Below, piece by piece: positions 23,547 to 32,890 of a DNA stretch of 64,000 nt. The DNA is from a candidate division FCPU426 bacterium (GTDB lineage Bacteria; Oederibacteriota; Muellerivitia; Muellerivitales; Muellerivitaceae): NCBI GenBank assembly GCA_963719085.1, contig CAVRAL010000001.1, positions 608,001 through 672,000 of the forward strand, given 5' to 3'. The position numbers were made by a program, and so were the translations under genes. Position 1 is the stretch's first letter. Every line of letters starts with the position of its first letter. The notes beneath the pieces are model-generated. The model saw only the letters and a program-made list of their open reading frames with translations. It was not told the origin of the DNA and searched no databases.

Positions 23547-24367
23547 AACTCCCGATGAAATCCCGTGAAGAGTTTTTCAAATATTACGTTGTTCGGAACC
23601 CGATCGCGCATTCCCTTTGGCGCAGCTTTGAGTGCGAGCGTTTCGCGGAAGAAAAGGTGCTTCATCCGGTTTTAGATGTGGGCTGCGGGGACGGCTTTTT
23701 CACCCAGGCGGTTTTTAAGGAAAAAATCGATATCGGAATTGACCCCGATCCGGCGGAAGTCCGCCGGGCGGTTAAACGGGGGAACTATAAAAGGGTTGTA
23801 AACGCCGGCGTGGGGAAACTCCCTTTATCGGCTTCCAGCGTTCAAACCGTGATCAGTAATTGCGTTTTGGAACATGTGCCGGATATTGATCAGGGCTTGG
23901 CCGAAATCGAGCGGGTTTTAAAGCCCGGCGGGCGCCTTTTGATGACCGTCCCGAGCGAATACTACAATCGGGATTCTTTTTATCAAAAGCTGTTTAAGGC
24001 GGTTGGGTTTAATCAAGCGGCCCAATGGTATAACCGCTCACTGAACCATGTTTTCAAACACTACCATGTTTACGGAAAAAAACTCTGGGAGAAAAAATTC
24101 AAGGCCCATGGGCTCGTCTTGGAAAAAGCGGAATATATCATGTCCCGACGGGCTTTTCGGGTTTATGACCGCTTTTTGATCGCGGCGGTTTGGGGGAAGT
24201 TTTTAAAGGCCTTTTGCGGTCGTTGGGTTCTCATTCCCCGGTTTTGGCTGCCCAAGTTTCTTTTGCCGATTTTTCGGGATACGTTGAATGAGAAGGATCA
24301 AAGGGGAATAGTGTATTTCATGATTGTCCGTAAAAAGCGTCTTATACGACGCCCTAAGAAGGCCTGA
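23543..24367 (+). CDS. Class I SAM-dependent methyltransferase
   Basis: VLDVGCGDG motif I, ISNCVLEHVPD and RVLKPGG. Coupled to the upstream GT2. Confidence 0.88.
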   Translation: MKLPMKSREEFFKYYVVRNPIAHSLWRSFECERFAEEKVLHPVLDVGCGDGFFTQAVFKEKIDIGIDPDPAEVRRAVKRGNYKRVVNAGVGKLPLSASSVQTVISNCVLEHVPDIDQGLAEIERVLKPGGRLLMTVPSEYYNRDSFYQKLFKAVGFNQAAQWYNRSLNHVFKHYHVYGKKLWEKKFKAHGLVLEKAEYIMSRRAFRVYDRFLIAAVWGKFLKAFCGRWVLIPRFWLPKFLLPIFRDTLNEKDQRGIVYFMIVRKKRLIRRPKKA

Positions 24368-24369
24368 GC

Positions 24370-25359
24370 TTATTTTCGGACAATTGAAACCATGGTACCC
24401 AGGGGGTAATTGAAAGTTTTTGAGAATAAATTCAAGAGGTGAAAAGCCAGGCTTAGCAAAAAGGTGGGCAAGGGGAAAGAGGTCAGTTGTTGGAAAAAGT
24501 ACAATTGGATGACCGCTCCGCTGATGCGAGCCTGACTAAAGGAGGTGTTTTCCAAAAGCGCCTTCATGCTATGGGGACTATATTCGTATAAATGATAAGG
24601 CCGATTGAGGATGATCCGGTGATCGGGAATTTTTAAAATAGAAAGAAATTTATTTTTTTTCGGAATAACAAACTTAAACATTCGAGATAACCGGTAGGCG
24701 ATTCGAAAAGTAGGGGTATTGATGTAGGCGGGTGTTTTGATGATGAGGGTGCCGCCGGGTTTTAGGATTCTTTGGGTCTCTTTTAAAAAGGCAACGGGAT
24801 CGGGTACGTGCTCGAACACATCTCCCATCAAGATCGCGTCGAATGTATTGGGTTTGAATCTGGCCGAATAAAGGTCCTTATTAAGGACGTTTAATTTTCT
24901 TTTTTTGGCGAAAGCGACAGCGGCTTTGGAAAGGTCGAGACCCCAAACCTTCCATCCGCTGGCTTTCATGATATCCAGGAAAAAGCCCCCGGCGCACCCG
25001 ATTTCCAAAAAATTACCCCGGGTTCCCAGGCTGTTGAAGATATCCAACGCGTAGCGGTGTCTTTGAAGAATGGATTCCCGGTTCTCGAAATAAGAGCCGC
25101 TGGTGATGCCGCAGTCATAGTCCAATTCAAAATAATCGGGTAAATCATAAAGCTTGGTGATGGTTTTGTTGGAGGGCATGGGATTGACTTGAACCAAGCC
25201 ACAGGAAGCGCACCGAATCAAATCATACTTTTTGTCCTGAAATTGATACATGTTACGGACATAGAGTTTAAAACTTTTGCTTTGACAAGCTTGGCAGATT
25301 CCGGAAATGGGATGGGGTTTGACCGGGATAGCGTGAGGGTTCGTGGGTTGAGATGGCAT
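24370..25359 (-). CDS. Class I SAM-dependent methyltransferase with N-terminal CxxC..CxxC zinc-binding motif
   Basis: CQAC...RCASCGLV, LEIGCAGG, FDAILMGDVFEHVPDP, LKPGG and PYHLY; typical of glycan/LPS-locus methyltransferases. Start uncertain (ATG 25359 or ORF start 25437). Confidence 0.85.
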   Translation of the reverse strand: MPSQPTNPHAIPVKPHPISGICQACQSKSFKLYVRNMYQFQDKKYDLIRCASCGLVQVNPMPSNKTITKLYDLPDYFELDYDCGITSGSYFENRESILQRHRYALDIFNSLGTRGNFLEIGCAGGFFLDIMKASGWKVWGLDLSKAAVAFAKKRKLNVLNKDLYSARFKPNTFDAILMGDVFEHVPDPVAFLKETQRILKPGGTLIIKTPAYINTPTFRIAYRLSRMFKFVIPKKNKFLSILKIPDHRIILNRPYHLYEYSPHSMKALLENTSFSQARISGAVIQLYFFQQLTSFPLPTFLLSLAFHLLNLFSKTFNYPLGTMVSIVRK

Positions 25360-25467
25360 TTTCGCTCTTTGGGTGTTTTTAAAACGCAGAAGGTTAAATA
25401 TTACCCCAAAAAAGTCCATTCTGTTGATATTATTCAACGGTAAACGATGGTTTGTTAAGGCGGATAA

Positions 25468-25496
25468 TTGATCGAAGCGGCGCGGTCGGATATAAT
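25468..25496 (+). promoter_or_regulatory. Sigma70-type promoter for the third NHL / GT39 unit
   Basis: TTGATC (25468-73), 17 bp spacer, TATAAT (25491-96). AGGAGG SD before the ATG at 25605. Confidence 0.65.
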
Positions 25497-25604
25497 TCGG
25501 TTTTAATGTTTGGGGATTATATATAGCCTTTTATTCATGGGAATTCACGTTTTTTGGTTTTTTTCCTTAGCTCATAATTTTCAATCGAACTTTTAGGAGG
25601 ATGC

Positions 25605-26660
25605 ATGGCTCGGGGTAATGCGAAGAAACAAAGTAAGAGAAATAATCGGAAAACAAGCGTGGATTCCGCGGCGGCCGTTCCGCCGTCCCAGTCCGCGCCG
25701 GGCGCCCAAGGCGGGGGCTTCTTAAAATGGTTTTTCATTTTAATCGTGGTATTGATCGCCATTGACGCCTTTAATTCTTTCCGGTCGGGCAAAGCGTTGT
25801 TTTCCTTCAAGGGATTTGACAAACATTTTGTGGTTCAACAAGTGCTTCACTTAACCGGAACCGATACGACGGGTAAACCGATGTCAGCTAATGCGGTAGT
25901 GGTCGTAAGCCCCACCGAGTTTGCCGTGGCGGACACGAGCGGTTGCAGGATTTTAATCTATGACTTCAACGGGAAACTGATTCGTCAATGGGGAAAGTAT
26001 GGAAGCAAGGGCCCCTATGAATTGCACGAGCCCTCCTCGATTGTGACCGACCATCAAGGACACATTTTCGTCATGGATACCTGGAATGGGGCCATCAAAG
26101 GCTATGATTTAAACGGGAAAAGCATCGGAACTATCGATTTGAACCATTTCCAGTCTTTTTACGGTCCTAGGAATATTACGTGGGGCGGCAAGTTTTTTCT
26201 GGTTTCGGATGTCGCCAACTATCGCGTCGTAAAGTTGTCCTTGGACGGACAAATTATCGGAGCTTTGAGCGGAAAAGGCACGGGGAAGGGCCAGTTCATG
26301 GGAATCTGCGGGACCATTTTGGACAGCCAAGGCAATTGGTATGTGGCGGATTCGAGCGCCAATAATCGCGTTGAAATATTTGACGATTCCGGGAAAGTCA
26401 TTCGAATCATTAAGACCCATGTGCCGCCAAACGTTTTGGCCATCGACGCTCAAAATAGGTTGTTTGTGGGCTGTTGGGGAGCCGCATCGCAGGTATTTAC
26501 CGTGGATGGCAAGCATTTGGGGGATTTGGAAGACGCGTCCCAACCCGGCGTTCCTCTTAACGGCATTCTTGGTATGGATACGGCCCCTAACGGGCTTCTG
26601 GTGACTTCCGGCGGCGATCAAGTGACCATTTATCGGGTTCAAGACGAAAAGAAAAATTAA
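25605..26660 (+). CDS. Membrane-anchored NHL-repeat protein (divergent)
   Basis: Basic N-tail plus TM helix; FAVADTSGCRILIYD, ELHEPSSIVTDHQGHIFVMDTWN and GQFMGICG..DSQGNWYVADSSANNRVEIFD. Confidence 0.85.
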   Translation: MARGNAKKQSKRNNRKTSVDSAAAVPPSQSAPGAQGGGFLKWFFILIVVLIAIDAFNSFRSGKALFSFKGFDKHFVVQQVLHLTGTDTTGKPMSANAVVVVSPTEFAVADTSGCRILIYDFNGKLIRQWGKYGSKGPYELHEPSSIVTDHQGHIFVMDTWNGAIKGYDLNGKSIGTIDLNHFQSFYGPRNITWGGKFFLVSDVANYRVVKLSLDGQIIGALSGKGTGKGQFMGICGTILDSQGNWYVADSSANNRVEIFDDSGKVIRIIKTHVPPNVLAIDAQNRLFVGCWGAASQVFTVDGKHLGDLEDASQPGVPLNGILGMDTAPNGLLVTSGGDQVTIYRVQDEKKN

Positions 26661-26704
26661 ATCCCGTAACCTTTCGATTTTCATTTTAAGGAAAACGCTT
26701 TTCT

Positions 26705-29395
26705 ATGCCGCCTTCCAAAAAAATAAAACGGGTTGGAACGGGTAAAGTGAAACGAGTCGGGCCGGAAAACACCCCGGCTCATTCGGTGCTCAAATCCGCC
26801 GCATGGGTGAAACCCGGGCTGGAGAGCCACTGGCTTCCCGGTTGGTCTTGGTTTCTTTTTTTTGTTTTGCTGGCGACCGGCTTGTTTTTTTTGATTCGGC
26901 ATCAATCGGAGACGGCCTCGATTTTTTTAATCCCGGCCGCGGTTCTCGGGGTGTCCTTTTATTTTCCTTTGCGCAGGCTTGACCACGCGCTGGGTCTAAT
27001 CGGCTTCGGTTGGTTGTTGGTTCTTTTCTCTTTGGGAAGTTGGACGAACTTTCGTTACGCTTTTTCCGCCATCGGTGATTACAATTTGCCATCGCCGGTC
27101 TTTCACTTGGCCTTAGGGTTGGGGCTATTGTTGGCCTACTGGCGTTACCTTCCGACTCAAACCGCCCCCGGATTAATCTCGAAAAACTGGGGCCTGATTT
27201 GGTTTTGGGTCATTTTCCTGGCCGCCGTTTTCCTGAGATTTCAAAGAATCCATGAGGAACCGGGTTGTTATTGGGACGACCCCGCGGTTTGTATTGTGGA
27301 TCCTCAAGGCATCTTGAATTTCCATGAGCATCCCATGCTGATGCCCTTGGGGCAGCGGGAGCCCTTTTTCTCTTATTTTCTCGCGGGATTGTGGTCGCTG
27401 GCGCCGACCGCCCACGCCATCTTTATCCAGCGTCTTGGCGGCGCGATCCTTGATTTGACCGCGGTCTGGCTCTTTTATTTTTTGGGTAAAGAAGCCGGGG
27501 GAGTGACCGTGGGTCTGGTCGCGGAAGCCTTGGCGGCATTCAGCAAACCGATGATCATTGAGGATTTAATCGGCATGACCGCGGTGACGGTACCATTGGC
27601 GGTGGCACTGGTGTTGTGGATCACCTTTCGATTGTTTAAAAAACCAGATTGGGGCCGTTTCGCGCAATGGGGGCTGGCGCTGGGATTCGCTCCCTACAAC
27701 TACACGCCGATCCGCACTTGGCTTCCTTTCATAGTGACGAGTGTTTTTGTTTGGATTTGGTTTTATAAACGAAAAGACTCAAAACACAATCAAGGGCGTT
27801 CGGCGGACCAAATTTACGGGTGGGGAATTGTCTTTTTCTGGAATTTGTTATTCTTGAAAGTGAACAATTTTATACCCGTCAACTCGTTTTTGTTTAACTT
27901 GCTCAATTCTTGGTGGTTCTGGATTTCAGTCCTTTTGATTTATTTCATCCTCAGCGGTCTTCTTATTTTCCGGGGAGGGGGAGAAAAAGACGGTTATTTG
28001 AAGATCGCGCCCCGTTTCTTTTTAGGGGTTTTGTTGGCGGTGGCCATCATTTATCCTTTGGCTTCCGACCCTGAGATCGCCGTCCACCCCTCGGGCCTTT
28101 CCATTTTTCATGACCAGCAAACACGGACTTTTCATTACCAAGACACGGTTCCGTTCCTTCTCTTGCACAAGACCTGGGTCAGCATTGAAACCATGTTCTA
28201 CAGCGGACAGGATCGAGGCGATTTGAACCTGCCTTGGGACGCCTTTTTTGAATTTCACTTTGTTCCGCTGTTTGTTTTAGGATTTGTGGCTTTTTTATCA
28301 AGACCTTCATGGTTGAGCGGGTTTCTCTTGGCGGGAGGGTTTGTGGGCATCTCCACCCATGTGTTGTCCATCGATCCGCACAGCGCGAAACTGGTGGCCG
28401 CGATCGCCCCCCTCTCCGTTTTGGCGGGGTTGGGATTCCAACAGTTTTATTCGGCCTTGAAATCGTTAAAAACCAAAAATTACGCGCCTGTCTTTGGGAT
28501 ATTTTGTTTGGTTTATTTTGGCTGGGCGATTTGGGGAACCTACGACCGGGTCTGGACCCATTATTTCCGAGAGGAAAGAATCGATCACATTATTGGCGAT
28601 AAGGTCATCGAGCTGGCCCCCCGGAACCGAATTTATATGGCGGTTTATCCCGATTTTGGTTCCCCGCAAACTTTGGCGCTTCTGGACCAGGGTTTGGATC
28701 TTTATATTCTCGGCAAAGAAAACCCGATTTATTGCGGTGTAGGCCAGGCTCGGAAGGACGTGGTGGTTTTAATGCACATCGGGGATAAAAACACGCAAAA
28801 CTTGGTTCAGGAGCAATTTAAAAATGTTTCTTGGACCGTGGAATCCAGCAATCAAGAGGGCCATCCCGAGGTGTTGAGAATCGCCACGATTCCGGCCGCC
28901 GAAATCGGCGAAAAACCCGGAAAGCTTTTTTATTTTCAACCCGAACAGGGATTGGGGTGGTTTCGAGATTATTTCGCGGGTCGTTATGTGTTGGGGGCGG
29001 GCTTGATTGATCGAGAGGAGTACGTGGATTCCATTTACGCCCCGATTCCCGGTGACATGGGGGGAAGGATGGTACGAATCAGCGGCAATCTTAACCTGGC
29101 CGCGGATGAGACGATTTTGTTTAAAACCAAAGCCGTCAATGATGTCATTTTGAAGGTGGACGGGAAGGACGTTATCAATCTAAGGCCTTTTAACCGAACC
29201 TTGCAGGCGTCAAAAGAAATGACATTGGCCCAAGGGCCCCATTTCATTGAGTATGTTACCTATCTTCAATTTAGCAATGAGATCCCCGAGGTCGCGATGA
29301 CCGTCAATGGCCAGGATCAATTATTGGGCGAGAGTAAGAATCTGACGCCCGCGGCGTTGTCGGCGCTGCACAGTTCTTTCAATCTGGGCCATTGA
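26705..29395 (+). CDS. GT-C membrane glycosyltransferase (GT39/ArnT/PMT_2-like) with C-terminal PA14-like domain
   Basis: FLAAVFLRF..EPGCYWDD, REPFFSY, YFLGKE.GG..VGLVA, WGLALG..PYNYTP.R. The C-terminal beta-rich ISGNLNL..ILKVDGKDVI..MTLAQGPHFIEY resembles PA14. Confidence 0.75.
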   Translation: MPPSKKIKRVGTGKVKRVGPENTPAHSVLKSAAWVKPGLESHWLPGWSWFLFFVLLATGLFFLIRHQSETASIFLIPAAVLGVSFYFPLRRLDHALGLIGFGWLLVLFSLGSWTNFRYAFSAIGDYNLPSPVFHLALGLGLLLAYWRYLPTQTAPGLISKNWGLIWFWVIFLAAVFLRFQRIHEEPGCYWDDPAVCIVDPQGILNFHEHPMLMPLGQREPFFSYFLAGLWSLAPTAHAIFIQRLGGAILDLTAVWLFYFLGKEAGGVTVGLVAEALAAFSKPMIIEDLIGMTAVTVPLAVALVLWITFRLFKKPDWGRFAQWGLALGFAPYNYTPIRTWLPFIVTSVFVWIWFYKRKDSKHNQGRSADQIYGWGIVFFWNLLFLKVNNFIPVNSFLFNLLNSWWFWISVLLIYFILSGLLIFRGGGEKDGYLKIAPRFFLGVLLAVAIIYPLASDPEIAVHPSGLSIFHDQQTRTFHYQDTVPFLLLHKTWVSIETMFYSGQDRGDLNLPWDAFFEFHFVPLFVLGFVAFLSRPSWLSGFLLAGGFVGISTHVLSIDPHSAKLVAAIAPLSVLAGLGFQQFYSALKSLKTKNYAPVFGIFCLVYFGWAIWGTYDRVWTHYFREERIDHIIGDKVIELAPRNRIYMAVYPDFGSPQTLALLDQGLDLYILGKENPIYCGVGQARKDVVVLMHIGDKNTQNLVQEQFKNVSWTVESSNQEGHPEVLRIATIPAAEIGEKPGKLFYFQPEQGLGWFRDYFAGRYVLGAGLIDREEYVDSIYAPIPGDMGGRMVRISGNLNLAADETILFKTKAVNDVILKVDGKDVINLRPFNRTLQASKEMTLAQGPHFIEYVTYLQFSNEIPEVAMTVNGQDQLLGESKNLTPAALSALHSSFNLGH

Positions 29396-29448
29396 GGGCG
29401 AGGGCCGCATTAACGTTTCGAACAACAGAAATGGGTTCAAGGTGGAAA

Positions 29449-32097
29449 ATGCCAAATCAAAAAAAGAGTAAAAAAACGCCCATTAAAAATAAGCCGTTGA
29501 GATTGAAGGCAAATTCGGGGTTGAGTCCGGGGGACAGGCAAGGCGATCGCTCAAATTTTATCGCTCGGATTTTAGAGGCGGGGTTTCTCGACCGGTTCAT
29601 TTATGGAGTTCTTTTATTTATTTTTTTTCTTTCGGGGTTTTTATCGTGTTGGAAAGGGCTCTATCCAACCGGGATCGGTTTTATCGCCGGCGGATTGACC
29701 TTGGCCTTCGCCAAGTCGATTTTTAAAAATCTTCGAGCGGATATTCAATTCGGTTTGGCGGCTTTGGGCGCTCTTCTCATCGCCGAATCTTTTTCCGCGG
29801 TTCACGATTTCGCCGAAGTCATGCCGCAGGGGCTTCTTTTTAATCTGCCGAATTGGCATGGCTTTCTATTCATTGTTGGCTTTGTTTTAATTCTCATGGG
29901 TTCGCGTTTTTCATCCCGCCCGCCGTTTCAAGAACCGGAAGTGAAGTCTTGGCAAGTGGGATTAATACTTGGTTGCGTCGCGGCGGTGGCCGCTTGGATC
30001 GCTTTGAGCCATTTAAACGACCCTCCGGGTTTTTATTGGGATGACAACGCCACGGTCATTAAGGACATCCGAACCGTCAAGGAATTGCATTTATACGGCA
30101 TCATCATGCCGGCCAGTTTTCGAGAGCCGGCGATCACCTATTGGACGGCCATGCTTTGGTATCTTTTTCCGGACGCCACAGGCATTCAAATGCAAAGAAT
30201 CGGTCCAGTTTTCATGTTTTTGGCCTCGCTGGGGATGATGTACCTGCTGGGAAAGGAAGTCGCCGGGCGGAAGGTGGGTTTGATTTTCGCGGCGATCGGG
30301 GCCGTCAACAAGTGGTTGTTGACTGAAACAGTTTGGGGTTCGGGACTTATTTTGACGATGTTTTCCGTTTCGTGGTCTTTGCTGATGCTTTATCGAATTT
30401 TTAAAAACCCAAGCTGGTTTAATTTCATCTTGTGGGGATTGGCCCTCACGTTTGGGACCTATACCTATGGGGCTTACCGGCCCTATGACTTTTTAATGGT
30501 CTTGGTGGTTGGAATTTGGATATTGGCTGCGAGGAAAAAATGGTCCACTAATTGGGCAGGATGGTTTTTGGCTTTTTGGGTTTCCGGTTTTTGGCTCTCC
30601 TTCTTTTTGGAAAAAAATCATTTGATCCTCAATCGGGCCGGATTCGACCTCTTTTCTCAAAACTGGTTTTTGTGGGTTTATTTCGTCCTTTTCTTTTTGG
30701 CGCTTGTGCTGGCGAGTGTTGGTTTTTTCGAGAAGAAGGGGCAAAACGGGATATTTTTGAAATTAACGGCTGGCCTGTCCCTGGCCGCCATTCTGGTTTA
30801 CCCGTTGGTGACCCATCCCGCTTATGGGATGCGGGTCGCCGAGTTAAACGCGTTTCAAGCTGGGAATGATTTAGGCGCAAAGTTGGCCACTTTTTTAGTT
30901 AAATTCGGGAAAACATTTCGAGAGCTTTTTATGGGCGCCGGTTTCTGGGGAGATTCAGCGTTTGACTTTCAAGGCGCGTGGGTGGTTGTCGTCGGGGTGG
31001 CCGTCTTTTTGGCGAAACCGAGCTGGAAAACCTTTCTTTTGTTTGCGGCTATCGTGGTGGGACTGGTCCCACACGTCTTAACCCATGATGAGTACAACGG
31101 GAGAGCCCTGGCTTCGGTCACGCCTTTTCTTCTTTTGGGCGCTTTAGGAATCGAGGAGATCCGGGTTTGGGGCGGGAATCTTTGGGGCCGTAAAATGTGG
31201 AACCGTTTTTTTACCGCTTTATTTTGCCTTTTTTTGGGTTGGCAGGCCTGGGACAGCTATGAAATTATTTTTCAAAAATGGTTTTATATGACGGGGCCGG
31301 AAGCTTTGGTAAGCCGGGAGGTGGTGGAAGATTCGCCCGCCAACCGGGTGTATTTGACGGTTTTGCCGAATTGCTCCTCTCCCGAATGCCAGGGAGTCTT
31401 GGACGAAGGACACCCCCTCTATGTTTATCGCGACTCCAATCCTATTTATGTGAAGCCGGGTGAGAAGCCAAAAGACGTGGTGCTTATTTTCTTTCCGGGA
31501 GACCCAAAACTGGAAGACCGTTTGAAAAAGGAATTTCCCCTGGCCCAATGGACCAGTATCAACTTCAACACATTCCATTATCCTACGGTCCAACCGGGCG
31601 ATACGGCCACCCGTTTTTACCGAGTGTTTATACCCGCAGATCAAATTTCAACTAACCCGGCTCGGTCGATTTATTTTGCCCCGGGACTGGAAAATGGCTG
31701 GACAAGGGACTTTTACATCGGCTCCTATGGAATGGGGCATGGAGCCATCGCGGCCGAGGATATGGTCAAATCCTTACGACAGCCTTTTCCGGTGAACGAT
31801 ATGCATTCGGCCGGTTTTACGGGAGTTTTTCAAGCGCCGGTGGACGGGGATTATCAATTCTCAATGCGGGATCAAAATTTCGTTCTGCTCTGGATTGACG
31901 GCCATAAGGCGCTCGATGCCCGAGGGGCCAAACCCCAAGGGTTGACGGCGAGTAAAACAATTCATTTAACCAAGGGCGCCCATTCGATATATTTGGTTTC
32001 ATATTTTTTGATGAATCAATTGATTCCCAATATCGCGGTTCGGGTTCCCGGCGAGAATCAAGATCAAGAATTAGATGATTTTACGGCTTCCAAATAA
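29449..32097 (+). CDS. GT-C membrane glycosyltransferase (GT39/ArnT/PMT_2-like) with C-terminal PA14-like domain; paralogue of the upstream gene
   Basis: PPGFYWDD, REPAITY, YLLGKEVAG, WGLALTFGTYTYGAYR; PA14-like FTGVFQAPVDGDYQF..LWIDG..IHLTKGAHSI. ATG at 29449 follows AAGGTGG. Confidence 0.78.
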   Translation: MPNQKKSKKTPIKNKPLRLKANSGLSPGDRQGDRSNFIARILEAGFLDRFIYGVLLFIFFLSGFLSCWKGLYPTGIGFIAGGLTLAFAKSIFKNLRADIQFGLAALGALLIAESFSAVHDFAEVMPQGLLFNLPNWHGFLFIVGFVLILMGSRFSSRPPFQEPEVKSWQVGLILGCVAAVAAWIALSHLNDPPGFYWDDNATVIKDIRTVKELHLYGIIMPASFREPAITYWTAMLWYLFPDATGIQMQRIGPVFMFLASLGMMYLLGKEVAGRKVGLIFAAIGAVNKWLLTETVWGSGLILTMFSVSWSLLMLYRIFKNPSWFNFILWGLALTFGTYTYGAYRPYDFLMVLVVGIWILAARKKWSTNWAGWFLAFWVSGFWLSFFLEKNHLILNRAGFDLFSQNWFLWVYFVLFFLALVLASVGFFEKKGQNGIFLKLTAGLSLAAILVYPLVTHPAYGMRVAELNAFQAGNDLGAKLATFLVKFGKTFRELFMGAGFWGDSAFDFQGAWVVVVGVAVFLAKPSWKTFLLFAAIVVGLVPHVLTHDEYNGRALASVTPFLLLGALGIEEIRVWGGNLWGRKMWNRFFTALFCLFLGWQAWDSYEIIFQKWFYMTGPEALVSREVVEDSPANRVYLTVLPNCSSPECQGVLDEGHPLYVYRDSNPIYVKPGEKPKDVVLIFFPGDPKLEDRLKKEFPLAQWTSINFNTFHYPTVQPGDTATRFYRVFIPADQISTNPARSIYFAPGLENGWTRDFYIGSYGMGHGAIAAEDMVKSLRQPFPVNDMHSAGFTGVFQAPVDGDYQFSMRDQNFVLLWIDGHKALDARGAKPQGLTASKTIHLTKGAHSIYLVSYFLMNQLIPNIAVRVPGENQDQELDDFTASK

Positions 32098-32115
32098 GGC
32101 TTTTAAAGAGGGGTC

Positions 32116-32820
32116 ATGCGGCCGAAAAAGAAATTAACGCTTTCGATTATCGTTCCGGTCTTTAACGAGGAAAAAACCGTGGCCTTGATTTTGAAGACCG
32201 TCAACCGCCTGAAACTTCCGGGCGTCCAAAAAGATATTGTCGTGGTTAACGATGGTTCCACGGATGGAACGGCGATGGTTTTGAAAAAAATACGAATCCC
32301 GGGTGTCCGGGTGTTTCATCACGATAAAAACAAAGGGAAAGGCGCGGCCATTCGAACCGCGATCCCCCATACCAAGGGCGACTTTGTCATTATTCAAGAC
32401 GCCGATTTGGAATATGACCCTAACGATTATCAGAAACTCTTGGAGCCGCTCATCCATGGGCAGGCGGACGTGGTCTATGGGTCGCGGTTTTTAGGGGTTC
32501 ACCGCGCCTTTATGTTTTGGCATTCTTTGGGAAACAAGTTTTTAACTTTTGTCACCAATCTCTTGTACGACACCATTTTAACGGACATGGAGACTTGCTA
32601 TAAGGTTTTCCGCGGCGAGGTGATCCGCGGTTTGACTTTAAGGTCGAATCGGTTTGAAATTGAGCCGGAGATGACCGCTAAAATTTTGAAAAAGAAGTAC
32701 AAGCTGTTTGAGGTGCCCATTTCCTATTCAGGACGCAGTTTTGAGGAAGGGAAAAAGATCACTTGGAAAGACGGGTTCGGAGCCCTGGTCGCGTTGGCCA
32801 GGTACCGGTTTTTCAACTGA
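32116..32820 (+). CDS. GT2 polyprenol-phosphate-sugar synthase-like glycosyltransferase
   Basis: SIIVPVFNEE, VNDGSTDGT, NKGKGAA, IQDADLEYDP, VVYGSRF, TDMETCYK, FEIEPEMTAK and EGKKITWKDG. Confidence 0.92.
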   Translation: MRPKKKLTLSIIVPVFNEEKTVALILKTVNRLKLPGVQKDIVVVNDGSTDGTAMVLKKIRIPGVRVFHHDKNKGKGAAIRTAIPHTKGDFVIIQDADLEYDPNDYQKLLEPLIHGQADVVYGSRFLGVHRAFMFWHSLGNKFLTFVTNLLYDTILTDMETCYKVFRGEVIRGLTLRSNRFEIEPEMTAKILKKKYKLFEVPISYSGRSFEEGKKITWKDGFGALVALARYRFFN

Positions 32821-32840
32821 TAACCGAAGAGGGCGTAAAT

Positions 32841-32880
32841 AAAAAAAGGCCCGGCGACTTAAAGTCACCGGGCCTTTTTT
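32841..32880. terminator. Bidirectional rho-independent terminator between convergent genes
   Basis: A7-GGCCCGGCGAC-TTAAA-GTCACCGGGCC-T6, with A and T tracts on both sides. Confidence 0.9.
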
Positions 32881-32890
32881 GTTTATGGGG

